Source: an uncultured Opitutales bacterium (lineage in GTDB: Bacteria > Verrucomicrobiota > Verrucomicrobiia > Opitutales > Intestinicryptomonadaceae). Taken from it: a stretch of DNA of 32,000 nucleotides. Within the stretch, counting starts at the first letter, position 1, and each line of letters starts with the position of its first letter. Under the pieces are notes generated by a model, which was given only the letters and a program-made list of their open reading frames with translations, was not told where the DNA came from and ran no database searches. Shown piece by piece: positions 9,461-18,349 of the stretch. Both the position numbers and the translations under genes were made by a program. The stretch covers positions 1 through 32,000 of the forward strand of contig CAKUIA010000020.1 in assembly GCA_934660865.1 (NCBI GenBank), given 5' to 3'.

Positions 9461-10651
9461 TTATAGTGCGTTTAATGTTTTGTCTACAATAGTCAAAGCC
9501 TTTTTAATTTCGGCTTCCTTTACTATAAGCGGCGGCAAAAACCTTACCGCGTTCGAGCCTGCGGGAATCGTTATAAGCGAGTTTACCAGCAAAGCCTTTA
9601 CTAAGTCGGCGTTTTTGTAGGGTTCGTTAAGCAAAAGGCCAATCATAAGCCCCACGCCCCTTGCGCATTTTACCTTTTCGGGATATTTTTTTGCGAGTTT
9701 TTGCAAACCGTTTAAAAGCAGTTTGCCGCATTTTGCAGCGTTTTCGGCAAGCTTGCGTTTTTTAACGGCCTTTACAACCGAAAGCGCAACGGCGCACGCC
9801 AGCGGGTTGCCGCCGAACGTAGTTCCGTGCGTGCCGGGGGTAAAGAGTTTTGCAAGCTTGTCGCTCATTAAAACCGCGCCTATGGGGAAGCCCCCGCCCA
9901 AGCCCTTTGCCATCGAAATTGCGTCGGGCTTTACGCCGAATTTTTGGAACGCAAAAAATTTGCCCGTGCGCGCAACGCCGCACTGAACTTCGTCGAAGAA
10001 CAATAGCGTTGAATACTTGTTGCACAAGCTGCGCAACTCCTTGAGGAATTTTACGTCTACGGGCAAAACGCCGCTTTCGCCCTGAATGGGCTCTATCAAA
10101 ACGGCGGCAATGTCTTTTTTTGCAAGCTTTGCCTTAAAGGATTTTATGTCGTTAAACTCGGCCGTTTCAAAGCCCTCCAGCAAAGGCGAAAAGTGTTTTT
10201 GTATCTTTTCCTGGATTGTGGCCGAAAGCGCGCCCATTGTTCTGCCGTGGAAGGAATTGCGGGCAACCAAAACCTTGTATCTTTTTACGGGCAAAGTTTC
10301 GCCGTAAATGCGGGCGGCCTTAATCAAGGCTTCGTTAGCCTCGGTGCCGCTGTTGCAAAAGAACATTTTGCCGAATTTGGATTCGCCGATAAGGGCTTCG
10401 GCCAAGTCGGCCTGCGGCAGGTTAAGGTATAAGTTGCTGCAATGGGCAACGGTTTGCGCCTGTTTTGTAAGGGCGTTTACCCAGTCTTTGTCGCAGTGCC
10501 CCAAAATGTTTACGGCAATGCCCGCGCCGAAATCCAGATATTTTTTGCCCGCTTCGTCGTAGGCGTACATACCCGCGCCTTTGGCTATGCAAATTTGGCG
10601 GTCGCCGTAGTTGTTAAGGGTATATTTCTTAAATTTTTCCTTAGTGTTCAT
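9461..10651 (-). CDS. argD: Acetylornithine aminotransferase
   Basis: Class III aminotransferase with FFDEVQCGVARTGKFFAF and the PLP-lysine context SMAKGLGGGFPIGA. I place the start at the internal ATG 10651 (MNTKEKFKKY). The 19 extra N-terminal codons of the ORF track lie inside argB. The argB stop and argD start overlap by 11 nt (ATGAACACTAA). Confidence 0.9.
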   Translation of the reverse strand: MNTKEKFKKYTLNNYGDRQICIAKGAGMYAYDEAGKKYLDFGAGIAVNILGHCDKDWVNALTKQAQTVAHCSNLYLNLPQADLAEALIGESKFGKMFFCNSGTEANEALIKAARIYGETLPVKRYKVLVARNSFHGRTMGALSATIQEKIQKHFSPLLEGFETAEFNDIKSFKAKLAKKDIAAVLIEPIQGESGVLPVDVKFLKELRSLCNKYSTLLFFDEVQCGVARTGKFFAFQKFGVKPDAISMAKGLGGGFPIGAVLMSDKLAKLFTPGTHGTTFGGNPLACAVALSVVKAVKKRKLAENAAKCGKLLLNGLQKLAKKYPEKVKCARGVGLMIGLLLNEPYKNADLVKALLVNSLITIPAGSNAVRFLPPLIVKEAEIKKALTIVDKTLNAL

Positions 10652-11543
10652 TGCTTTTAAAATCGTGTACAATTTCGGTTCCAATGCCCTCGTCGGTAAA
10701 GATTTCAAGTATCAGCGAATGGGGCATATAGCCGTTTACAAAGTGCACCCTGCGCACGCCCGACTTAAGGGCTTTTACGCCGCTGTCTACCTTCGGCAAC
10801 ATTCCGCCGGCAATAACCTTGCTTTGCTTTAAAGATTCTATTTCGCCCATCTTTAGTGTGGAAATAAGCGAAGTTTTGTCTTTAAAGTCGCGCATTAGCC
10901 CGGGAACATCGCAAAGGAAAACCAGCCTGCGCGCCTTTAATGCGCATGCAACCGCGCTTGCGGCAACGTCGGCATTGGTGTTGTAGGGGTGAAAGTCGTC
11001 GCCCAAAGCTATGGGCGAAACTACCGCAACCGAGCCGTCGGCAATGGCGTCTACAATAACCTGGGCGTCTACCTCGGTTGTTTCGCCGACATAGCCCAAA
11101 TCTACTTCGTTGCCCCCGGCGTCTTTGCTAAGCAGCTTTTTGCATTTTAAAACCATATTGCCTTTAATAGACTTGGCATTTACGCCGCGAGCCTTAAGCA
11201 TTTGGCAAATTTCGGAATTTACCTGGCCGTTTAAAACGCGCTCTACAATGCCTACGGTTTTTTCGTCGGTAACGCGCATTCCGTTTTTAAATTCGGGAAC
11301 AAGCCCGGCTTTGTCCATTGCGCGGCTAATAGCCTTGCCGCCACCGTGAACAACCACAACCTTAATGCCAACCGACGCCAAAAACGCGATGTCCTGCGCC
11401 ACCGACGTACGGATTTTCGGGTCTGGGTCGTCCATAAAGGCGCCGCCGTATTTAATTACAAACACCGAATTTTTAAAGCGCTGTATATAGGGCAGCGCCT
11501 CTATCAAAATGTCGGCCTTTTTTGTGATTTCGCAAATGTCCAT
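10641..11543 (-). CDS. argB: Acetylglutamate kinase
   Basis: Amino-acid kinase motifs VIKYGGAFM and VVVHGGG. The ATG overlaps the argJ stop (TAATG). Confidence 0.9.
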   Translation of the reverse strand: MDICEITKKADILIEALPYIQRFKNSVFVIKYGGAFMDDPDPKIRTSVAQDIAFLASVGIKVVVVHGGGKAISRAMDKAGLVPEFKNGMRVTDEKTVGIVERVLNGQVNSEICQMLKARGVNAKSIKGNMVLKCKKLLSKDAGGNEVDLGYVGETTEVDAQVIVDAIADGSVAVVSPIALGDDFHPYNTNADVAASAVACALKARRLVFLCDVPGLMRDFKDKTSLISTLKMGEIESLKQSKVIAGGMLPKVDSGVKALKSGVRRVHFVNGYMPHSLILEIFTDEGIGTEIVHDFKSNEH

Positions 11544-12775
11544 TATTCGCCCTTATTGAAATCTACATAGGCTTCCGACAAGTCGGTTGTAAGAACCGTC
11601 CACGAAAATTCGCCCAAGTTCAAATTCATATTCACGGCAAAGCTTTTTTCGGCAACTTCCTTTTTCCACAAGGGCTTGTTGTCTGCCAAAACCTCGCCTT
11701 TGGCGATTACGGGAACGTTGTTGTAGGCCAAGTCCATTTTCTGGAAGTCTATGCCAGTTTTTGCGTAGCCTGCCGCGTCTACAAGCCTGCCCCAGTTGGG
11801 GTCTCCGCCGTACCAGGCCGACTTTACCAGCATGGAATTGGCAATAGACTTTGCTATTTTGCGGGCCTGCTCTTCGCTTTTTGCGCCCGAAATGTTTACC
11901 TGAACAACCTTTGTGATTTTTTCGCCGTCGGCGACAATATGCGAAGCCAAATACGAGCACACCGTTTGCAAGGCCTCTTTAAAGGCCGCAAGCAAGTCGG
12001 CATTGTCGTCTATCTTAACGCGGCTTTGGCCGTTGCACAAAACCAAAACGGTGTCGTTCGTGCTCATGTCGCCGTCTACGCTAATGCAGTTAAAGCTCAT
12101 TTCAACCGACTTCGACAAACATTCCTTAAGCAGCTTTTGCGAAATTTCGGCGTCGCAGGCAATATAGGCAAGCATTGTGGCCATATTCGGCTCTATCATA
12201 CCCGCACCCTTTGCCATTGCGCCCATGTGGAACTCTTTGCCGCCGCAGTTTACGGTTATGGAAATCGTCTTTTTGCGTGTGTCGGAAGTAAGTATTGCCG
12301 AAGCCGCCGCAACGCCGCTTTCCTGCGAATCGGAAATTTTTAAAACCGCTTCCTTTATGCCCTTTTCGATTTTTTCCATGGGCATAAATTCGCCTATTCT
12401 ACCCGTAGAGGAAACTAAAACCTCGTTTTCTAGCAGGCCGAATTCCTTTGCAACCAAAGCACACATTTTGCGGGCGTCGTCCATACCCCTTTGCCCCGTG
12501 CAGGCGTTTGCGTTGCCGCTGTTGGCAATAACAGCCCCTATTTTGGGAGACTTCCAAAGGTGTTCAATGTCTACATAAACGGGGGCGGCCTTTACGTCGT
12601 TTGTAGTAAAAGTACCCGCCGCCGTTGCAAGAACGTCGCTCTTGATAATGGCGGTATCCAGCCTGCCGTCGTTCTTGTTGCGAATGTCGCTTGAAACGCC
12701 CGCAACTTTAAAACCCAAAACGTCTACAATGCCAGCGCTGTCTTCCTTAACGCTTAAAGTATAATTCTTAGCCAT
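11543..12775 (-). CDS. argJ: Bifunctional ornithine acetyltransferase / N-acetylglutamate synthase
   Basis: 410 aa with the autoprocessing site PNMATMLAYIACDA (Thr nucleophile) and an ArgJ-like sequence throughout. Confidence 0.9.
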   Translation of the reverse strand: MAKNYTLSVKEDSAGIVDVLGFKVAGVSSDIRNKNDGRLDTAIIKSDVLATAAGTFTTNDVKAAPVYVDIEHLWKSPKIGAVIANSGNANACTGQRGMDDARKMCALVAKEFGLLENEVLVSSTGRIGEFMPMEKIEKGIKEAVLKISDSQESGVAAASAILTSDTRKKTISITVNCGGKEFHMGAMAKGAGMIEPNMATMLAYIACDAEISQKLLKECLSKSVEMSFNCISVDGDMSTNDTVLVLCNGQSRVKIDDNADLLAAFKEALQTVCSYLASHIVADGEKITKVVQVNISGAKSEEQARKIAKSIANSMLVKSAWYGGDPNWGRLVDAAGYAKTGIDFQKMDLAYNNVPVIAKGEVLADNKPLWKKEVAEKSFAVNMNLNLGEFSWTVLTTDLSEAYVDFNKGE

Positions 12776-12779
12776 AATT

Positions 12780-13820
12780 CTACAGTAATCCTTCCTTTTC
12801 GTCGAAGCCGAACAAGCCGTTCATAATCTGAACCGCCTGGCCGCTTGCGCCTTTAACCAAGTTGTCGATTGTGCTTGAAATGATAAAGTTTTTTGTGCGC
12901 GGGTCGTAGGCCGCGCTTATGTCGCACCTGTTTGTGTGGGCAACATTTGCAGTGTCCGGATAGCTTTTTTCGGGCAGCACTTTCACAAACGTTTTGCCGT
13001 CGTAATACTTGTGCCAGATTTTATACAAATCTTCTATCGTTGCCCCGTTCGAGGGAACGGTGATTGTAGTTAAAATGCCCCTGTTCATCGGGCAAAGGTG
13101 CGGGTTAAATTGAACTACAACCTCGCCGCCGTTTGCGTCGGAAAGCTGCTCTTCTATTTCCGACAAATGCCTGTGGAACACATAGCCGTAGCCCTTTGCG
13201 CTTTCGTTGCGTTCGCAGAATATGTAGTTAACGTCGGCCTTTTTGCCCGCGCCGCTAACTGCGCTGTAGCTGTCTATTACAATGTTTTTGTCTACGCCCA
13301 ATTTTTCGCGCAAAAGGGGCACCATTGGCACCAAAATGCTTGTAGGGTAGCACCCGGGGCACGCAATAAGCTTGGAATCTTGCCAGTTGTCGAACAATTC
13401 GGGCAAAACATATTTGCCAAGCTTTAGCAGTTCGGGGGCCGGGTGGTCTACGCCGTAATATTTTTTGTAGGTCTGCAAGCTGTTAAGCCTAAAGTCGGCG
13501 GAAATGTCTATAACCTTTTTGTTTGCGTTAACCAGCGCCTTTGCGTATTCGGCTGCAACCCCGTGCGGAAGAGCCAAAAACCAAACGTCTATGTCGGCCA
13601 TTTTTGCCTGCTCTTCGGGCGAAGAGGCCGTAAACAACAAGTTGTCGGGCAGCAAATGCCTTAAGGCGGGCATTACATCGGCAACTTTTTTGCCGCTTAA
13701 ACTGCGGCTTGTTACGCATGCAAGCCTCGCGTGCGGGTGCCTGCAAATCAAATGCACCAATTCCGCGCCTGCATAGCCTGCCGCGCCCGTTATGCCAACA
13801 TTTATAGTTTTTTCGCTCAT
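12780..13820 (-). CDS. argC: N-acetyl-gamma-glutamyl-phosphate reductase
   Basis: NAD(P) motif GITGAAGYAGAEL and active-site Cys in ACPGCYPTS. Start set at ATG 13820 (MSEKTINVG); the TTG at 13832 in the ORF track is less likely. Confidence 0.9.
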   Translation of the reverse strand: MSEKTINVGITGAAGYAGAELVHLICRHPHARLACVTSRSLSGKKVADVMPALRHLLPDNLLFTASSPEEQAKMADIDVWFLALPHGVAAEYAKALVNANKKVIDISADFRLNSLQTYKKYYGVDHPAPELLKLGKYVLPELFDNWQDSKLIACPGCYPTSILVPMVPLLREKLGVDKNIVIDSYSAVSGAGKKADVNYIFCERNESAKGYGYVFHRHLSEIEEQLSDANGGEVVVQFNPHLCPMNRGILTTITVPSNGATIEDLYKIWHKYYDGKTFVKVLPEKSYPDTANVAHTNRCDISAAYDPRTKNFIISSTIDNLVKGASGQAVQIMNGLFGFDEKEGLL

Positions 13821-13906
13821 AATTATCTGCAAATTAAACTGCTAAGTTTGCACTGTTTGGCGGCAAATGCAAACAATAATTAACAATTACGCGCTTTATC
13901 GGCCGC

Positions 13907-14776
13907 TTACGCGTTTTCAAGTTTTTTGCAAAGCTCGTCTATAAGAAAGTCTGGCGTTGAAGCCCCCGCCGTTACCCCTATTACGGAATATTTTTTCTTT
14001 AAGGCGTCTACGTCAAGCTCGGCAACGGTTTCTACATGGAAACATTCAAGCCCCGTGCGCCTTGCCATAATGGCCAGCTTAACCGTGTTTGCCGAGTGCC
14101 TGCCGCCTATTACAATTATCGCCTGCGCACCCTGCTGGGCAAGGGTGTTAACGTCTTTTTGGCGCTCTTTTGTAGCCCCGCAAATGGTGTCGATTACAAC
14201 GGTTTTCGGGAAGCGCTTTTTTATGTATTCGCAAATTTCGCGGTAGTCGTCGGTAAACATTGTCGACTGCGAAACTACGCAAATTTCGCCCTGTATGTCG
14301 GGCAGATTGTCTACATCGGCAAAAGATTTAACGACAAAGCCCTTGCCCTTTTTTGCATAGCCCAAAAGCCCCATAACTTCGGGGTGCTGGGGGTCGCCCA
14401 CAATTAAAACGGTAAAGTTTTTTGTTGCGTGTATTTTAATTTGCCCCGCAATTTTGCCGACGTCGGGGCAGGTTGCGTCCTTTAGCGGAACACCCAAATC
14501 CTTAAGGTATTTTCTTCTTTCGGGCGAAACGCCGTGCGCGCGCACAACCAAAACGCAGTCGCCGCAGTTAGGGTTAATGTTCAGGCTCGACTCGCTCTTA
14601 TAGTCGCCGATTTCGTCTATGCCCTCGTCTTTAAGACGGCTCATCATCTGACTATTGTGGATAAGCGGGCCGTCGGTAAACACCTTTTTGTTTTCGCCCG
14701 CCAAACTTCTTGCTATGCCTATGGCCCGTTCAACGCCAAAGCAAAAGCCCGCGCTTTTTGCCCTTATAACTTTCAT
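13907..14776 (-). CDS. ispH: 4-hydroxy-3-methylbut-2-enyl diphosphate reductase
   Basis: MKVIRAKSAGFCFGVERAI (first Fe-S Cys), the ATCPDV context and the SQSTM/HSANT motifs. Start set at ATG 14776. The 40-codon N-terminal extension in the ORF track has no IspH-like sequence. Confidence 0.9.
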   Translation of the reverse strand: MKVIRAKSAGFCFGVERAIGIARSLAGENKKVFTDGPLIHNSQMMSRLKDEGIDEIGDYKSESSLNINPNCGDCVLVVRAHGVSPERRKYLKDLGVPLKDATCPDVGKIAGQIKIHATKNFTVLIVGDPQHPEVMGLLGYAKKGKGFVVKSFADVDNLPDIQGEICVVSQSTMFTDDYREICEYIKKRFPKTVVIDTICGATKERQKDVNTLAQQGAQAIIVIGGRHSANTVKLAIMARRTGLECFHVETVAELDVDALKKKYSVIGVTAGASTPDFLIDELCKKLENA

Positions 14777-15008
14777 ATTGCCCTTTACAAAATAGTATTC
14801 GTAAAAATTTTGCAAAAACATTTTGTTAAAAGAAACCTTTTTTGCGGCATAAAAAACACATTTAGGCAAAATTTGCGCAAAAGTTGGTAAAGACAATTTT
14901 TAACGCATTTTTTTGAAAGTGCCATTTTAGGCACGCGGCACATAGCAAAAAGGCGTTTTAATTGCGGCAAATTTAAACTAATTTTTTGCGCAATTTAAAA
15001 CACGGAAT

Positions 15009-15064
15009 TTAGGCATAAACTATAACCGAAAAATTAGGCGCAAATTATGCCGCAAAATTTAGGC
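15009..15064. repeat. Three TTAGGC-containing imperfect direct repeats at exactly 25-bp spacing
   Basis: TTAGGC starts at 15009, 15034 and 15059 (units gaatTTAGGCataaactataaccga / aaaaTTAGGCgcaaattatgccgca / aaatTTAGGCgcaaaaaaacggctt). Further TTAGGC copies are at 14862 and 14927. Confidence 0.5.
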
Positions 15065-15065
15065 G

Positions 15066-15104
15066 CAAAAAAACGGCTTTTTAGAAACCCCAAAAAGCCG
15101 TTTT
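15066..15104 (-). terminator. Rho-independent terminator of the PEP-CTERM protein gene
   Basis: Minus strand reads CGGCTTTTT-N9-AAAAAGCCG followed by TTTTTTTG. It lies 19 nt after the stop at 15123. Confidence 0.7.
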
Positions 15105-15122
15105 GCAATCTAAAAATTAGCC

Positions 15123-18100
15123 TTACTTTCTGCGGCGGTATATCGCAAAGGCCAAAGCCAAAGCGCCGAATATTGCCGCCCATGTCGAAGGTTCGGGAAC
15201 TTCGAATGTAACGTTAAAGTTTGTGCCGTCTATCGAGAATGTGCCCTTGTATTTTTCCGACGTTTTTGCGTCTACATATTCGAATGTTTTGCCGGCCAAC
15301 GACTTTAACGATTCGTTCATGTTCGCTTCGTCGGCAAACGAGATAAGCGTCATTTCAACATCAAGTTCTTCCATGTCGAAGCCCGAGAAGAAGAAGTCGG
15401 TGCTCAAAATGTTGCCGATTAGGGTGTTTTCGATATTGATTGTGTAGTCGGCCTGAGAGAAGTCGAAGGCCAGGTACCCGCCGTCGGCTTTGGTCAACGA
15501 ATTAATATTCAACGAGCCCGCAGCACCGAATGCCGCACCCGAAGCTATGGAAACATCGCCAACATTTGCGCTTGCAAGGAGCAATACGCCGCCGTTAACT
15601 GCAACCGAGCCGCCGTTAAGGTTGTTGTTTGTGCCCGAAAGAACCTGCGCATTTGTGCCCGTTTTTACAATGCTAATAGTGCTGTTTGTATTGTTGGCAT
15701 AAATGTTGCCGGTGTATGTGCTTAACGAACCTACGTTGTTGCCGAACTGCAATGTGTAGTCTACATAACCGCCAGATTCGTTGCCGTAAATGCTGCCCGT
15801 ACCGTTAAGGGTGCCTATAACCGCCTTGTAGGCCGCTCTTTCTTCGGCTGTGCCCGTATACGAATAGCCAATCTTTAGGCGGCCGTCGTTCATGTTAAGT
15901 TCGCCGATATTTACGTTGTAGTCGGCCGACTTTGCAACACCGCGCAACTGCAACACGCCGTTTGCGTTAAGGGTTGCCTTGCCGATAGAGATATAGTCGC
16001 GGTCGTCGCCCGTGTTTGTGCCGTCTTTATTTACGGCGTATGTCGAGCCGTTCACCGTTACCCATACAGAATTTGCAGCGCTATCGGCGCCTATTGTCAA
16101 TTCTTCGAAAGTGGTTTTTTCGAAGCTGTTGAATACGGTTTCGCAAGAACCGGCTTTGCTTGTGATATTGGCAGTGCCAAAATCCAAGTTCTTGGCCAGG
16201 AAATAACCGTTTTTATCGTTCTTATAGGCATAATTTATGTTCAAATTGTCTACCCTATAATCGGTACCATAGTAGCCTGCAACCGTGTTGTTGTACTCGT
16301 GGTCGACATTAAAAGCGGTTGTATCGATTACCAAGTTTTTAATTAAAATGCTGTGGGTATAGTGCGTGCCGAAGAAAATTCTCTGGCCGGATTTAAATGC
16401 ACCTGTAAACTGTAAGTTGTCGATGGTTGCAACATTTGCAGTTGTTTTTGCCGTGTTAACGCGGGTTTGAACACTGTAGGTTGCGTCGGCAGTAGTTTCG
16501 CCGCCCTTAAGGACAAATGTGCCAAAATGCGTTGTGGCAGTTGCCGCGTTAGAGGCGTTGCGGATATACAAATACTGATTGCCCAGCGTAGTGTCGCCTG
16601 CAAATGTAAGTTTGTTAATGTCCAACTTATTGCCCGCCTTGATACGCGCGTGCCCCCAGTCTAGGTTGGCATTTGCATACGAGCTATCCAATTCGCCCAT
16701 ACCGCCAGCAATATTCAATTCGTTTACATAAACGTCTTTGCCGTTTAGTTGGAAGAAATAGTCGCCGTAGGTCGAGCCGGGCACGCCGCCCGAATATTTG
16801 CCGTTACCTTTAAAGTTGATAACGCCCAATATGTTAACGTCTGCCGAAGTGCCGCCGTCTACCTTGCTGCTAGAGGGGTTTATGTAGTTGATGTGGAACT
16901 TGTTTGTTTCGGCATTGATAACGGCGTCGGCTGCCAATGTAAAGGCCGTGCCTTCGCTGCTTGTGGCAAACTGGCCGTCTTTAAACGTGGTTGTGCCGCT
17001 TAATGTGCCGCCGTAATATTTAAGCAATGCGCCGTCGGTAAACGAAGCGTTTTCGGCAACGGCAGTGCCGCTCATATTCATCAAGCCGCCCTTTTGGGTG
17101 GAATTTACAAACTTGCCGCCGCTAAAGTGCGTTGTGCCGCCTACAATGGTTGTATCGCTTACAACTGCGCTGTCGTTGATATTTGTTGTACCTTCAACAG
17201 TTTCTTCGCCGTCGGTAAAGGTTTGCGTTATGGTTTTGCCGCTTGCCATAGAGGCGTTGGTTGTGCCCTTAATGGAAAGTGTACCGCGGTTGTTAATGTC
17301 GCCCAACAAATTGGCACTGGCAATATTGTTTATCAACAGGCTGCCGCCTTTGGCTATGTCTACATTGCCAATGTATGCGTTTTTAACTTCGCTGTCTATC
17401 TGCAAGGCCGAATTTGCGCCAACAGTAGAGGCCGCCAAAGAATTTAGCGTATAGCCGCTTTCGCTTTTGTCTACGCCAATTCTCAATTCGTTTATTGTAC
17501 CCTGCCCGTTGCCGATTTTGAATGTTGCGGAGTTGTCGAAAGCAACGTCTACCCTGCCGAAATTGATGTAGTCGGCAGTTTTGCCTTTGTCGGTGTAAAA
17601 TATAATGTTTTTGCCGCCGCCAATAGTCATTGTGTCGGCAACGTTCATTGTATTCTTGGAAGAATTTTCGCCTATAAAGTGGAATGTAAAGTTTGTATTT
17701 ACATCGCTAGCGTTGCCGAAGAGATAGTCTTTTGCAAAGCTTATTGTTAAATTCTTTGCAAGAACATTGGCGCTGCCGTTGTGCAGACTCTGCAAAATTC
17801 TTTCCACATAGTTTGTTTTCGATACGGTTGTTTTTTCGGCGTCTTTATAGCCTGTTGTTACCATATCGTCGGTTGTGCCCTTTATCCAATACATCGGGTG
17901 CGAACCGTCGCCCGTTTGCCACGTTCCGTCTTCGTAAACCTGTTTCCAAGCGGCATCGTCGGCAACGTACTTATCGCCTTCGGTGTAGCCCGAAATTGTA
18001 ACGTTGTCGTCAATAGTGGGGCTTCTGTGCACAGGATCTTTGTCTAGCACATAGTATTTTACGGTTGTGCCGTCTTCGTCGTAAACGGCAACGTATGTAG

Positions 18101-18242
18101 AGTCGGACGAATACCACAGCCTGCCGTCTCCATTATACGATGTATTGCCGTTGGCAATTTGCCTATATACTAAATCGGCACCCAAAGACACCGATGCTGC
18201 GGCTGCAAACACCGCAAATATAGCTAATCTTGTTGTTTTCAT
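15123..18242 (-). CDS. Large secreted beta-helix-like surface protein with C-terminal PEP-CTERM sorting signal
   Basis: 1039 aa. Signal peptide MKTTRLAIFAVFAAAASVSLGADL. G/N/T/S-rich sequence throughout, as expected for parallel beta-helix passengers. Autotransporter-associated beta-strand repeat-like segment KTGTNAQVLSGTNNNLNGGSVAVNGGVLLLAS. C-terminus VPEPSTWAAIFGALALAFAIYRRRK (PEP motif, TM helix, basic tail). Confidence 0.85.
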   Translation of the reverse strand: MKTTRLAIFAVFAAAASVSLGADLVYRQIANGNTSYNGDGRLWYSSDSTYVAVYDEDGTTVKYYVLDKDPVHRSPTIDDNVTISGYTEGDKYVADDAAWKQVYEDGTWQTGDGSHPMYWIKGTTDDMVTTGYKDAEKTTVSKTNYVERILQSLHNGSANVLAKNLTISFAKDYLFGNASDVNTNFTFHFIGENSSKNTMNVADTMTIGGGKNIIFYTDKGKTADYINFGRVDVAFDNSATFKIGNGQGTINELRIGVDKSESGYTLNSLAASTVGANSALQIDSEVKNAYIGNVDIAKGGSLLINNIASANLLGDINNRGTLSIKGTTNASMASGKTITQTFTDGEETVEGTTNINDSAVVSDTTIVGGTTHFSGGKFVNSTQKGGLMNMSGTAVAENASFTDGALLKYYGGTLSGTTTFKDGQFATSSEGTAFTLAADAVINAETNKFHINYINPSSSKVDGGTSADVNILGVINFKGNGKYSGGVPGSTYGDYFFQLNGKDVYVNELNIAGGMGELDSSYANANLDWGHARIKAGNKLDINKLTFAGDTTLGNQYLYIRNASNAATATTHFGTFVLKGGETTADATYSVQTRVNTAKTTANVATIDNLQFTGAFKSGQRIFFGTHYTHSILIKNLVIDTTAFNVDHEYNNTVAGYYGTDYRVDNLNINYAYKNDKNGYFLAKNLDFGTANITSKAGSCETVFNSFEKTTFEELTIGADSAANSVWVTVNGSTYAVNKDGTNTGDDRDYISIGKATLNANGVLQLRGVAKSADYNVNIGELNMNDGRLKIGYSYTGTAEERAAYKAVIGTLNGTGSIYGNESGGYVDYTLQFGNNVGSLSTYTGNIYANNTNSTISIVKTGTNAQVLSGTNNNLNGGSVAVNGGVLLLASANVGDVSIASGAAFGAAGSLNINSLTKADGGYLAFDFSQADYTINIENTLIGNILSTDFFFSGFDMEELDVEMTLISFADEANMNESLKSLAGKTFEYVDAKTSEKYKGTFSIDGTNFNVTFEVPEPSTWAAIFGALALAFAIYRRRK

Positions 18243-18323
18243 GTCGTTATTTATAAAATACGTATTTCTAGGATTGCGCGTATTTTTGACCGACCTACCT
18301 ATTTTTGCAAGTATTTTTTATTC

Positions 18324-18338
18324 AAAAAAAAAAAAAAA
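18324..18338. repeat. A15 homopolymer (T15 on the transcribed minus strand) 82-96 nt upstream of the PEP-CTERM gene start
   Basis: Read directly from the sequence: ttc-aaaaaaaaaaaaaaa-tgatt. Confidence 0.9.
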
Positions 18339-18349
18339 TGATTAAAAAA

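Noticed and set aside
10652-10708. N-terminal extensions offered by the ORF track for argD (also ispH to 14896, argC to 13832 via TTG, Fic to 31241)
   Set aside because: The extensions overlap the upstream gene or intergenic repeats and lack homology-like sequence. Internal ATGs give N-termini that match the expected family starts.
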